In this document: positions 8,080 through 18,053 of the stretch, in pieces
How the letters are laid out: every line of letters starts with the position of its first letter
How positions within the stretch are numbered: position 1 is the stretch's first letter
Assembly: GCA_050486305.1 (NCBI GenBank)
Contig: JBJHDA010000001.1
Location: forward strand, 307,071 to 371,070
Length of the DNA: 64,000 nt
Reading direction: 5' to 3'
Source: Candidatus Saccharimonadota bacterium
GTDB lineage: Bacteria; Patescibacteriota; Saccharimonadia; Saccharimonadales; SLHW01
Notes under the pieces: model-generated
Databases searched by the model: none
The model's input: only the letters and a program-made list of their open reading frames with translations
What the model was told of the DNA's origin: nothing
Program-made: the position numbers and the translations under genes

Positions 8080-9222
8080 ATGAAGATCGGTCTAGTGTGT
8101 CCGTATAACATTATTGCAGGCGGGGGTGTACAAGAATGTGTTTTTGCGCTGCGTGACGAATATATAAAGCGTGGTCATGAGGTTCACATCATGTCGCCTA
8201 TGCCTCGAGACTATACAGGTGAGCCTCCTGAAGGGGTAATTTTTGTTGGCAAAGCTGCAGAGGTTAAGTCTTTTCATACGACAGCCCAAGTATCGGCCAG
8301 TGCAGAGAATGATGCGATAGAACGGGTGCTTGAGAAATATTTGTTTGATGTGCTTCATTTTCATGAGCCGTGGGTACCTTTTGTAAGCCGGCAGATATTA
8401 ACCCGGTCTAACGCCTGTAATATTGCCACGTTCCATGCAAAGCTTCCAGATAGCCGCATGAACAGAACGATCGAGCGAGTGATTACCCCTTATGCGAGCT
8501 CCATCTTGAATTACCTAGACGCGTTTTCTGCGGTTTCAGAGCCTGCTACCGACTATGTGCGCAGCTTAACTGATCGGCATATAGAGCTGATTCCAAACGG
8601 CATTGACTTACAGAAATATAAATCAGCCAGTTCTCCAAAGCCATCAAAGAAAAACAAGTCGATTCTTTTCGTTGGTCGGCTTGAACGTCGCAAAGGAGTT
8701 GCCTATCTGCTTGAGGCGTTTTCTCTGTTGCAGCACAAGTACGGAGACGATATTTCGCTTGAAATTGCCGGCGCAGGCCCTGATGAGAAACGACTTAAGC
8801 GTTATGTCGACAACCGGGCGATACGTAATGTGACATTTCATGGCTACGTTTCTGAGCAAAAAAAGCTAGAGTTGATGGAAGGCTCGACTGTTTTTTGCTC
8901 CCCTGCTCCATACGGCGAGAGCTTTGGCATTGTGCTGCTTGAAGCGATGAGTCTCGGTACTCCAGTGGTCGCTGCTGATAATGCTGGCTACAGCTCTGTT
9001 TTGAAGGAACGTGGTGCGATCTCGATAGTCAACCCGAAGAATGCGGTAGCGTTTGCCCACCGTCTTGATGCGTTCATGCACGATGAGCAGTTACGTGATA
9101 TGTGGAAGGAGTGGGCATTGAGCTATGTTAAACAATTTTCTTATGATGTTATTGCGGAAAAATACCTAAAGCTTTATGAAGCGGCATGCGAGCAAAAACA
9201 AAAACGAGAAAAGTCACAATGA
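8080..9222 (+). CDS. GT4-family glycosyltransferase (PimA-like)
   Basis: C-terminal GT-B motif SPAPYGESFGIVLLEAMSLGTPVVA. The N-terminus is a typical GT4 start (MKIGLVCPYN). Confidence 0.85.
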   Translation: MKIGLVCPYNIIAGGGVQECVFALRDEYIKRGHEVHIMSPMPRDYTGEPPEGVIFVGKAAEVKSFHTTAQVSASAENDAIERVLEKYLFDVLHFHEPWVPFVSRQILTRSNACNIATFHAKLPDSRMNRTIERVITPYASSILNYLDAFSAVSEPATDYVRSLTDRHIELIPNGIDLQKYKSASSPKPSKKNKSILFVGRLERRKGVAYLLEAFSLLQHKYGDDISLEIAGAGPDEKRLKRYVDNRAIRNVTFHGYVSEQKKLELMEGSTVFCSPAPYGESFGIVLLEAMSLGTPVVAADNAGYSSVLKERGAISIVNPKNAVAFAHRLDAFMHDEQLRDMWKEWALSYVKQFSYDVIAEKYLKLYEAACEQKQKREKSQ

Positions 9223-10349
9223 ACATCGCCTTTTTGCTTGATGATAGTCTGGACCGCCCCGATGGAGTTCAGCAGTATATATTGACGCTTGGTAACTGGA
9301 TGCAGCAACACGGACACACCGTACACTACCTGACGAGCGGCGACGATTATGTCTCCCAGGCGCCTAATGTGCATGTTTTGACAAAAAATATACCGGTCTC
9401 ATTTAACCGAAACACATTATGTATACCAAAACCTGTTCGAAAACAGCGTATTAATCAGTTCTTTCGCGATAATAAAATCGATGTGGTTCATGCTCAGCTT
9501 CCGCACAACCCTGTATTTGCAGGAAGAGTTATGCGGCATATGCCAAGTGACATCCCGCTTGTAGGCACCTTTCATGTTGCGCCGTTTGGCGGGCTAGAGA
9601 CAGTCTTTACTAGATTACTACGCGTACTTTATACGCGTTCACTGTCGAGATTCTCGTGCATTATTAGTGTTTCTGAGCTGGCAAAAGATTATGCTGACAA
9701 AATATACCGTCCATTGTCTATAGTAATCCCAAATGCAATCGATACTGCAAAATTTCAAGTCGATAGAGATCGAATTAACATAAAAAAGAAGACAGAGGTA
9801 GAGATAAGGTTTCTTGGTCGTCTGGTTGAGAGAAAGGGGTGCCAGTTTTTACTAGAGGCGGTGAATGAGGCAGCCCGGAGTAATCCCGACTTACGTATTC
9901 ACGTTACTGTCGGCGGCAAAGGGCCACTCTCATCACGACTAAAGGAATATACTAATAAGCACGGGCTACAGGAAATTGTCTCCTTTTCCGGATTCGTATC
10001 AGAGAAGGACAAACCATCTTTTTTCGCAGAGGCAGACATTGTCGCCTTCCCGAGCACCGGAGGCGAGAGCTTTGGTATCGTATTGGTTGAAGCGATGGCG
10101 AGCGGCAACTCAGTCGTCTTAGCCGGAGACAATCCAGGATACAGCCGAGTCATGGGAATGAGTGAAGCTCTAATTGACCCCTATGACATCCAGGAGTTTA
10201 GCGAGAAGATCGCCACATACGCAAGGGACAAGAAATTACGAGCTTCTGTTGCAGAAAAACAACGCAAAAGAGCAAAGGAATTTGACATAAACGTTATTGG
10301 GCCAAAGCTGCTTAATGTTTATGCCGCTGCTCGAAAGGAAACGCGATGA
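9219..10349 (+). CDS. GT4-family glycosyltransferase
   Basis: ATGA start/stop overlap with the upstream GT4 (start MNIAFLLDD). Motif GGESFGIVLVEAMASGNSVV. Confidence 0.85.
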   Translation: MNIAFLLDDSLDRPDGVQQYILTLGNWMQQHGHTVHYLTSGDDYVSQAPNVHVLTKNIPVSFNRNTLCIPKPVRKQRINQFFRDNKIDVVHAQLPHNPVFAGRVMRHMPSDIPLVGTFHVAPFGGLETVFTRLLRVLYTRSLSRFSCIISVSELAKDYADKIYRPLSIVIPNAIDTAKFQVDRDRINIKKKTEVEIRFLGRLVERKGCQFLLEAVNEAARSNPDLRIHVTVGGKGPLSSRLKEYTNKHGLQEIVSFSGFVSEKDKPSFFAEADIVAFPSTGGESFGIVLVEAMASGNSVVLAGDNPGYSRVMGMSEALIDPYDIQEFSEKIATYARDKKLRASVAEKQRKRAKEFDINVIGPKLLNVYAAARKETR

Positions 10350-10371
10350 TAAAGCCTGCTCATGCTAGACT

Positions 10372-11787
10372 TTACGCCAAGCGAGTCCATATTTGACCAA
10401 AATCGGTATCCTGGACGATAATCTGCTGCTTTGCTAGCTTGTCTCGTATTGCGTCTGACTCGTGCCATTGCTTCGTGTCGCGAGCTGCCTGCCGCTTCGC
10501 AAGTAGCTTCTTCTGCGTCGGGGTAATGTCTTTCCGCTCAGAAAGATGCAGGCCGAGCAGTTTATCGATTGAGGCTAGTGTGGCGCGAAGAAGCTTAATT
10601 TCTTCACCTGAAATAAGCCGATCAGATGCCTGGCTAGATAATTCACTTAATAGTGCGAGCGCTTCAGGAGTGTTTAGATTATCAGCAAGTCTGGCCTTTA
10701 GTTTTGATACGACGTTAGCCCTAGTTAACCATGGCTTGACTGGTTTTGGCTGAAACGCGAGATCAGCCAGCGATTTATAATGGTTCAGTCTGTTTTGGGC
10801 CGCATCTAGTATTTCCCACGTAAAGTTTCCTTCAGTTTGATAATGACTGGATAGAACCAGCAGTTTAAATGCGTCAATTTCGTATCCTTTATCGGTAATA
10901 TCCTGTAATGTATAGGTGTTTTCAAGTGACTTTGCCATTTTTCCGCCGTCAATTTTTAGGTGGTTATTGTGGAGCCAGGTCTTGGCAAAACGCTGACCAG
11001 TAATCGCTTCTGTTTGCGCGATCTCGTTTGTGTGATGAACTGGAATATGGTCAATCCCACCGGTATGGATGTCTATTTCGTCTCCAAGTAACTCTCGAGC
11101 CATAACAGAACACTCCAGATGCCAGCCAGGAAAACCAACACCCCACGGGCTATCCCATTCCATATCACGCTGTTTGCCGACTGGGCTGAATTTCCATACA
11201 GCAAAGTCGGTTACGTTCCGCTTATTGTCGTTTTGCACTCTGGCACCAGCTAAGAGTCCTTCGACATCTAATCTAGCCAGCTTTCCGTAGTCCTTGAGTT
11301 TAGAGGTATCGAAGTACACTCCATCGTTTTTAATAGTGTAGGTGAAGCCTTTTTTCTCTAGTAATTCAACGAAGTCGATTTGCTGCTGTATAAAGTCAGT
11401 GGCACGTGGCATATGGTCTGGCTTTAACAGGTCAAGCAGCGTGTAGGCTTCATGGTTTGCGACTGAAATGTATTTTTCGGCAATATCCCAAGCAGATATA
11501 CCTTCGCTTCGGGCACCTTTCTCCATCTTATCTTCGCCGGTATCTTCGTCGCTGACCAAGTGTCCCACATCAGTTATGTTTTGTACGCGAGTGACATCAT
11601 AGTTGTGTGCGAGAAGTGTTCTTACGAGCACATCCCAATAAATGTATGCCACCCAATTCCCTATATGCGGATGACTGTAAACGGTAAGTCCGCAGGTATA
11701 AAGAGATAGTTTGTTGTCGGAAATTGGTTGAACAGGCTCTATCGAGCGGGTTAACGTATTGTAGAGCTTTACTTGCTGGTTTTTCAT
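10372..11787 (-). CDS. cysS: Cysteinyl-tRNA synthetase
   Basis: HIGN and KMAKS class I signatures. Conserved CysRS motifs (TCGLTVYS, WHLECS). Confidence 0.95.
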   Translation of the reverse strand: MKNQQVKLYNTLTRSIEPVQPISDNKLSLYTCGLTVYSHPHIGNWVAYIYWDVLVRTLLAHNYDVTRVQNITDVGHLVSDEDTGEDKMEKGARSEGISAWDIAEKYISVANHEAYTLLDLLKPDHMPRATDFIQQQIDFVELLEKKGFTYTIKNDGVYFDTSKLKDYGKLARLDVEGLLAGARVQNDNKRNVTDFAVWKFSPVGKQRDMEWDSPWGVGFPGWHLECSVMARELLGDEIDIHTGGIDHIPVHHTNEIAQTEAITGQRFAKTWLHNNHLKIDGGKMAKSLENTYTLQDITDKGYEIDAFKLLVLSSHYQTEGNFTWEILDAAQNRLNHYKSLADLAFQPKPVKPWLTRANVVSKLKARLADNLNTPEALALLSELSSQASDRLISGEEIKLLRATLASIDKLLGLHLSERKDITPTQKKLLAKRQAARDTKQWHESDAIRDKLAKQQIIVQDTDFGQIWTRLA

Positions 11788-12803
11788 TGGTTCGTGGCCT
11801 CTTCATCATTAAGCAGTTCACCGGTTTTCTTTACTATTTCAGGAACGATACGGTCCACAGAGTCGTAGTCACTTGTTTTAAAGCCGGCAGCATACGGGTG
11901 TCCGCCGCCGCCAAAAAAACTTGCTAGTTGTGCTGCAATCTTATAGCCATTGTTGCAGCGGATTGCTCCGGTAATTTTCCCGTCATCATATGATTTTATA
12001 ACTATTGCAATGGCTACGGATTCAACCTGCAACATATCCGCTTGAATAAGCGGTGCGGGATTGTATAACGGACTGTGCTCATTGATTTCATTCTGCGGTA
12101 TTGTTACGAGAGACAACTTGTTTTCGTGGAATAACCTCGTACGCTTAATAAGCTCTGCCTTATACCTAAATATAGATTCCGGCATTTTATTGTATAGCCT
12201 GCGCTTTTCTTCAAGGGCCGGCCGATTAACTCCGCTCTCTACGAGGCTTGCCATAACACGGTAGGTGCTTGGCTTGGCTAAATCGTTGCTAAGGCCTTGA
12301 GTATCGCCTAAGATTGCGGTCATCAAGTGCTCGCCTGCAAGTGCATCGATTGTCCAGCCAAGTCTCTCGCCTAGCAGATAAATAAGCTCGCCTGTAGAAG
12401 AAACAGTCGAGTCATTAATCACAGTAGTGGCGAATGATATCTCTTCTTCGACGGAACTGTGATGGTCTAAGACGATACATGGCTTTGTGGCAAGTTTTTT
12501 CATGTCGCCTTTTTCTCGGGCTTTATCCAGCAGAGACGGCGTTGACGTATCTACGATTATACTTAAGTCGTAATCATTTGGCAGCGACGGCTCAATCCGG
12601 TCCCAGCCATTCATATAGCGTAGGTATGATGGGACATCAACTGCACAATATAAATGCGGTTCTTTATCAGATAAGTGAAGTATTTGCTCTAACGCAAGCG
12701 CTGAGCCCATGCTGTCTCCATCGGGGTTGTCTGCCTGAACGATAACAATACGTTTGGCCTTGTCTACGAGGCTTCTGATGGCGGTAAGATTTTCATGGTT
12801 CAT
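11784..12803 (-). CDS. nrnA: DHH/DHHA1 phosphoesterase (NrnA-like oligoribonuclease/pAp phosphatase)
   Basis: DNPDGDSMGS, VLDHH and GGGHPYAAG motifs. It has 4-nt overlaps with both neighbours. Confidence 0.8.
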   Translation of the reverse strand: MNHENLTAIRSLVDKAKRIVIVQADNPDGDSMGSALALEQILHLSDKEPHLYCAVDVPSYLRYMNGWDRIEPSLPNDYDLSIIVDTSTPSLLDKAREKGDMKKLATKPCIVLDHHSSVEEEISFATTVINDSTVSSTGELIYLLGERLGWTIDALAGEHLMTAILGDTQGLSNDLAKPSTYRVMASLVESGVNRPALEEKRRLYNKMPESIFRYKAELIKRTRLFHENKLSLVTIPQNEINEHSPLYNPAPLIQADMLQVESVAIAIVIKSYDDGKITGAIRCNNGYKIAAQLASFFGGGGHPYAAGFKTSDYDSVDRIVPEIVKKTGELLNDEEATNQ

Positions 12804-13402
12804 AATATGGTTCTGCCTTCCAGGGCTCGGCTCAAGGTAATCTGATCAGCATAGTCTATATCGGTGCCCACCGGTAAGCCACGCGCGAGCCGGGTAATTC
12901 TGGTGTTACCTGGAATGTGTTTTTGGATGTACAGTGCAGTTGATTCTCCTTCTACGCTTGCATTGGTTGCCAGGATAACTTCCGAAACCTTATCTTCCGT
13001 TATTCGCTTTAAAAGTTCTGGTATATGAAGGTCTTCGGGTCCGAGGCCGTCAATTGGCGACAACAAACCTCCAAGAACGTGGTAGGTTCCCTTATATGTG
13101 CCTGTTTTTTCAAGCGCGATGACATCGAAGGTGTCTGCAACGACCGCGATTGTCGTCTTATCACGGGAGTCGTCACTATAAAGCGGGCTGATGTCTACCC
13201 CTTTCTCTACTAACGCATAGGTTTTTTTGCAATAGTCGACTCCTTGATGCAGGTCTTTAATCGCATCTGCTAATTTCTCGGCAGCTGTTGGATCGGACTG
13301 AAGCAAGAAGTATGCAAACCGTTCTGCACTTTTCGGACCAACACCTGGCAGCACGCCAAGTGCCTCAACAGCTTGTTGTAACGATTTTGGTAGATGCTGC
13401 AT
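12800..13402 (-). CDS. recR: Recombination protein RecR (Cys4 zinc finger absent)
   Basis: N-terminal HhH motif (LPGVGPKSAERFA), a Toprim region and a C-terminal RecR motif. The whole protein contains only one Cys. Confidence 0.9.
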   Translation of the reverse strand: MQHLPKSLQQAVEALGVLPGVGPKSAERFAYFLLQSDPTAAEKLADAIKDLHQGVDYCKKTYALVEKGVDISPLYSDDSRDKTTIAVVADTFDVIALEKTGTYKGTYHVLGGLLSPIDGLGPEDLHIPELLKRITEDKVSEVILATNASVEGESTALYIQKHIPGNTRITRLARGLPVGTDIDYADQITLSRALEGRTIL

Positions 13403-13422
13403 AAGCGAAGGAGGATAAAGGT

Positions 13423-13716
13423 CTAGAGCCCGAGGTTACCCAAACTCCCCATCATGGGTTTCATTTTTTCCGAAGCTACTTTTTGACTCTCTGCGATTGC
13501 ATCGCGAACAGCTTCTTCAAGCCACCGCTCCAGCTCAGAAATATCATCCAAGTCGACCATTTCAGGATCGATGTGTATTTTTTTAATCTTCTGTTCCCCG
13601 GTAATTTCAACCGTAACCGCTCCATCACCGCCTTCTACAGATATAACCATCTTCTTGAGTTCTTTCTGAACCTTTTTCACTTGCATCAGCATTTTTGCTT
13701 GATCGAATCGACTCAT
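13423..13716 (-). CDS. ybaB: YbaB/EbfC nucleoid-associated protein
   Basis: 97 aa (MLMQVKKVQKELKK...GGDGAVTVEITGEQKI) in its conserved position upstream of recR. Confidence 0.9.
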   Translation of the reverse strand: MSRFDQAKMLMQVKKVQKELKKMVISVEGGDGAVTVEITGEQKIKKIHIDPEMVDLDDISELERWLEEAVRDAIAESQKVASEKMKPMMGSLGNLGL

Positions 13717-13784
13717 AGTAATTTAATTCCCTCTTAAGTATTGTTATGAATTCCAGCTTCCATTGTACCAAACTATAGGTGGTA

Positions 13785-14996
13785 TCACTCGCGGAACTGG
13801 GCTTGTACACCAGGCGTTCGCGGCCAGGCAATAAAATATCGGTGGGTATTATAGAATATCGACATACTAATACACGCAATTACGACGACAATACCAACAC
13901 TCCGTGCAAAAGGATTTTTCGGAAAAACAGTAAACCACTGCTGAAGTAATAGGGCGAGACCTGTCGCAGCAATGATATATACAAAAGGCACAAGTGCGAA
14001 TGAAGTTATAGGGCCACCGAGGCCTGCTAATAACATGAGTAGTGCCATCGTCACGAACAATACTTTTGTTCTATCCAGACTCCTCTGGTAATAGTAGCTG
14101 TAGCAACCAAGGAAGAACAGTACAGTTACAAAGATATCGATGATACCTGCAGTGCCAATCCATAAAACCGGATTGTCAGGCCCCCACGCAAAGAGCTCTA
14201 TCGGAACATTTGCGAGATTTATAGCGTATTCACGAATACTGGGTAAATCACCACCTGGTAATCCTAGCCACGACAAGAGCACGTTGGTTTCAAGAGCAAA
14301 CGTAAAGGCGAGCAACCCAGCAAATAAAAACGCCAATGAGCCAGACACCACTAGAGTGATAGTACTGAGAGACTGAATGGCCTTCTTTATCTGTTTAAAA
14401 TAAATAAGCCCGAGTGTTAATATGATCCATATTATGCCAGGGGTATAAAGGGTTAACACTACACCAAAAGCTGCTGCAATAACCTTGAGCGAAGTTGAAC
14501 TTCTATCCTTACTGTATAACGCTATAGCGATTAAAGCTGGAACGAGCAGGTACATCGAGAGCACATCGCCGAGTCGGGCAATATGTAAAAAGCCTGCGCT
14601 TGAAACGTAGAGGCAAGTCGCGAATAACGAGACCCGTAACGTGTGCCATCGAGAAATTATGTAAAAAACTGCGATTGCACTCAAGAATCCAAGCGATACA
14701 CTGATGAGGCGAATAAATACGGGGTTATCGATAGAGAAAATCTGCAGAACATACAACCCGAAAGTAAAAGGCAGGAAAAGCGGATCCTGGGTTATCGTTT
14801 GTACGATACTAATTTCACGGTTTTCAATTAACTGGTAATTAGCAGCTTCTTGAGGGCTTAAGCCCGGGACAAGAGAGCCGAGCTGGTAGGTAAGCAGTGT
14901 GATGCTGATGATCGCGCCTAGTCCGATCAATAAGATTGGCGGCCAATTATCAATCAGCGCAGTCGGAATACGTTTTAGCCAGGTTTTTTTCTTCAT
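13785..14996 (-). CDS. Polytopic membrane protein (~11-12 TM); a GT-C-like glycosyltransferase is possible but unproven
   Basis: 403 aa, hydrophobic throughout. It is embedded between dnaB and ybaB. Confidence 0.6.
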   Translation of the reverse strand: MKKKTWLKRIPTALIDNWPPILLIGLGAIISITLLTYQLGSLVPGLSPQEAANYQLIENREISIVQTITQDPLFLPFTFGLYVLQIFSIDNPVFIRLISVSLGFLSAIAVFYIISRWHTLRVSLFATCLYVSSAGFLHIARLGDVLSMYLLVPALIAIALYSKDRSSTSLKVIAAAFGVVLTLYTPGIIWIILTLGLIYFKQIKKAIQSLSTITLVVSGSLAFLFAGLLAFTFALETNVLLSWLGLPGGDLPSIREYAINLANVPIELFAWGPDNPVLWIGTAGIIDIFVTVLFFLGCYSYYYQRSLDRTKVLFVTMALLMLLAGLGGPITSFALVPFVYIIAATGLALLLQQWFTVFPKNPFARSVGIVVVIACISMSIFYNTHRYFIAWPRTPGVQAQFRE

Positions 14997-15014
14997 TTAT
15001 ATGTGTAGTATACG

Positions 15015-16388
15015 CTACGATTCAAAGGGTTCGGAAGCCCTGCGTTTATCAAGGCTTCTAAAGCGTTGCTTATTCTTGTCAAAATATAATTCAACGCCAC
15101 CGGTTGGGCCATTTCTGTGTTTTTTTATTAATATGTCTGTAATATTCTTGCGGTCAGTGTCAGGGTTGTAATAATCTTCTCGGTAAATGAATGCAACTAC
15201 GTCAGCATCTTGCTCTATAGATCCCGATTCACGCAAGTCTGCAAGCTGCGGTATCTGCGGGCTTCTACTTTCTACTGACCGGCTTAACTGCGAAAGAGCT
15301 ACCAGCGGAACATTTAACTCTCGTGCGACCTGCTTTAATCCTCTAGAAATCTCAGAAATCTCTTGGACGCGGTTCTCGCCGCCGCCATAACGGGCACCGC
15401 CACTCATAAGCTGAAGGTAGTCAACGATAATCAATCCAAGCGGGCGCTTGTGTGCTTCGCGTCTGGCTTTTGTGCGCAGGTCACTCACGGTGATGCCAGG
15501 AGTGTCGTCGATATACATCTGTGCTTCGCTTAAGCTACCCATTGCCTGTCCGATTTTTTCAAAGTCCGAGTCACTTAAGTTGCCGGTTCTGAGTGCCCAC
15601 GCATCAACACCCGATTCAACAGCGAGCATTCTGTCAACCAGCTGCTCTTTGCTCATCTCAAGGCTGAACAACAGTACTGGCAGCTCTGAGTCAATGGAAA
15701 CGTTATGTGCGATATTAAGCGACAGCGCTGTTTTCCCCATTGATGGCCGTGCGGCCAGAATAAACAAGTCGGACTGCTGAAGACCGGCTAAGATATTGTC
15801 TAGATCTTTAAAGCCTGTCGGTACACCTCTTATCTTGCCTTTGTCTTTGTGAAGGTCGTCAAGTCGCTCAAAGCTGCCACTCAATATATCCTCAAGGCTC
15901 GTGATGTCATGCTTAATATGCCGATGGCTAACCTCGAATAAACGCTGTTCTGAGTTTTCAATGAGCTCTTTTAGGCTCGTCGCCTCATCAAAGCTAAGGT
16001 TAGATATGTCTTGTGATGCCTTAATCAGACGCCGCCTGAGCGCTTTTTGGGCAACAATATCGGCATATTGCGCTACGTGTGATGCAGTTGGAACAAAGTT
16101 TGTCAGTTCTGTCAGATAAGCTGATCCGCCGGCCATTTCGAGCAACCCATCGGCTCGAAGCTGATTTGCTAGGGTGAGGACGTCTATCGGGCTATGCTTT
16201 TCGTATAGCTTTTGGGTAGCATCAAAAATATGCCGGTGTCTTTCTTCGTAAAAATCATCAGACGAAACAATATCAGCAATTTTTACGATTGCATCACTAT
16301 CAATTAACAGGGCACCGAGCAAAGAAGCTTCTGCATCACGGTCTTGTGGAGGGATTCGGTCTTTTCTGGCTGTTGTAACTGTTGCCAT
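15015..16388 (-). CDS. dnaB: Replicative DNA helicase DnaB
   Basis: IPPQDRDAEASLLGALL N-terminus; Walker A (ARPSMGKTA); IIVDYLQLM; SQLSR; RESGSIEQDAD. Confidence 0.95.
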   Translation of the reverse strand: MATVTTARKDRIPPQDRDAEASLLGALLIDSDAIVKIADIVSSDDFYEERHRHIFDATQKLYEKHSPIDVLTLANQLRADGLLEMAGGSAYLTELTNFVPTASHVAQYADIVAQKALRRRLIKASQDISNLSFDEATSLKELIENSEQRLFEVSHRHIKHDITSLEDILSGSFERLDDLHKDKGKIRGVPTGFKDLDNILAGLQQSDLFILAARPSMGKTALSLNIAHNVSIDSELPVLLFSLEMSKEQLVDRMLAVESGVDAWALRTGNLSDSDFEKIGQAMGSLSEAQMYIDDTPGITVSDLRTKARREAHKRPLGLIIVDYLQLMSGGARYGGGENRVQEISEISRGLKQVARELNVPLVALSQLSRSVESRSPQIPQLADLRESGSIEQDADVVAFIYREDYYNPDTDRKNITDILIKKHRNGPTGGVELYFDKNKQRFRSLDKRRASEPFES

Positions 16389-16394
16389 AATTAT

Positions 16395-17942
16395 CTAAGA
16401 TTCTAACACTTCGGCGCCGCCGAAAATATTGCTTACGTTTGAAATTGCATCGGTATGCTTTTGCTTCGTTGCAACAGGCGGGCGTGTTGATTCACGATCG
16501 ACTGTATCAGTTTTTTCGGCAACGACGCACATTATGCTGAGTGCTTCACCTGTCAACTTATGCAAGTAGCCTTCCAGCGTCTTTTTATGTTGGCTATCAC
16601 TCAAGCGCTTTGCATGAAATGCATACTTACACTCAAGTACAAATGAGTCGTTGCTCCGACGTACCTTAACTACCCGTGCCATGCCGTACAATGTGTTGTG
16701 TCTGCCCTTCAACTCTTCAAGTACCTGATTCCACACTTCTTTGGCTTCTTTGCTGCTCAAGCTCTTAGAGGCGCCTTCACTTTTTACCGCTTTAGGCGAG
16801 GCTGGTGTTGTGTTCGTCCGTTTTATTGATTTAGCTGTCTTCTCTTTTGGTTTACTTTCCGGCGCTTCTTTCTTTTGTGGGGTGTTGGCAGGCTTCGCAT
16901 TTTGTTTCGGTGGCTCATTTTCGAGGGTGGACTGCTTGTTTTGAGTTTCTGCCAAGCTAGAAGTGGTAGGCACGGCTATATCATCAGTAATTGACTCGAG
17001 TAGCGCCAGTTCTAGTGATAAAAGCGGCTCAGAAGAAGATGGAACCTCAAGTAAGCTCTTTAGGAGGCGTAGTGTTTCTGTAGTTGTCGCGCCTGTGCTC
17101 TGGATATTTTCACGAATTCTTCTACTTACGTGAGCCGCTACGACGCTCGGGTCATATCCTTGTGCTTGAATGTCAGAAATTGTCTGCATTAACGTTGCCG
17201 CTGTCTTCCCATCTATAGAGTTCATGATTGACTGAACGATCGTGTCTGGTGGTATACCGAGCAACGAAGCAACATTATCCCGCTCGATCACTCCTTTTTC
17301 TGACTGGGTATGACGAGCCTGATCCAATAAACCGAGGCTGTCGCGGAAGGAGCCGGTGCCGTGAGCAGCGATGAGTTCTAGTGCTTCAGAATTGATCTTA
17401 ATACCCTCTCGTTCAGCAATATCAGCAAGGTGACCCTCCATAACCTTTTGTCCTATCGGCTTGAATGTGAACCGTTGGGTGCGGCTTATGATGGTTTCTG
17501 GAAGTTTATGAATTTCGGTTGTCGCTAAGATAAAGATGACATGTGCCGGTGGCTCCTCGAGCGTTTTTAATAAGGCGTTAAACGCTTCTTTCGTAAGCAT
17601 ATGGACTTCGTCAACAATGTACACCTTGTATTTTGCCTGCGCTGGCGCGATATGCACCTTGTCGCGCAGGTCACGCACTTCATCAATTCTGCGATTGCTC
17701 GCAGCATCTATCTCAATGATATCGAGATGGTTTTCTTCCGTATTATGGTCGAGCTCATTAACTTCGCGCGCTAAGATTCGTGCAATACTCGTTTTGCCGA
17801 CACCCCGCGGGCCTGTCAGTAAATATGCATGACCAATGCGGCCATTTTTTATTGCGTTTTTAAGCGTATCAGTAATATGTTTCTGCCCGACAATTTCATC
17901 AAGCGTGCGCGACCGATACTTTCGATATAGTACGTTTCCCAT
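16395..17942 (-). CDS. dnaX: DNA polymerase III subunit gamma/tau (zinc module absent)
   Basis: GPRGVGKTS Walker A, IDEVHML, LLKTLEEPP and SRTQRF motifs. Confidence 0.95.
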   Translation of the reverse strand: MGNVLYRKYRSRTLDEIVGQKHITDTLKNAIKNGRIGHAYLLTGPRGVGKTSIARILAREVNELDHNTEENHLDIIEIDAASNRRIDEVRDLRDKVHIAPAQAKYKVYIVDEVHMLTKEAFNALLKTLEEPPAHVIFILATTEIHKLPETIISRTQRFTFKPIGQKVMEGHLADIAEREGIKINSEALELIAAHGTGSFRDSLGLLDQARHTQSEKGVIERDNVASLLGIPPDTIVQSIMNSIDGKTAATLMQTISDIQAQGYDPSVVAAHVSRRIRENIQSTGATTTETLRLLKSLLEVPSSSEPLLSLELALLESITDDIAVPTTSSLAETQNKQSTLENEPPKQNAKPANTPQKKEAPESKPKEKTAKSIKRTNTTPASPKAVKSEGASKSLSSKEAKEVWNQVLEELKGRHNTLYGMARVVKVRRSNDSFVLECKYAFHAKRLSDSQHKKTLEGYLHKLTGEALSIMCVVAEKTDTVDRESTRPPVATKQKHTDAISNVSNIFGGAEVLES

Positions 17943-18053
17943 GTCTGTAATTATTGTAACAAGTAATCAGATTTACCCGTTATGTAAAATCTATAACGAA
18001 ACAGCTGCAATATAGCTACTGATAACTAGTGATTGACGAGTTCTGTTTTATTG

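Noticed and set aside
16395-17942. Programmed -1 frameshift site in dnaX (gamma/tau)
   Set aside because: Two A6 runs exist in the gene (around 17840 and 16510). Neither has the A-AAA-AAG heptamer with a downstream stem-loop, and neither is positioned to yield a gamma-length product.
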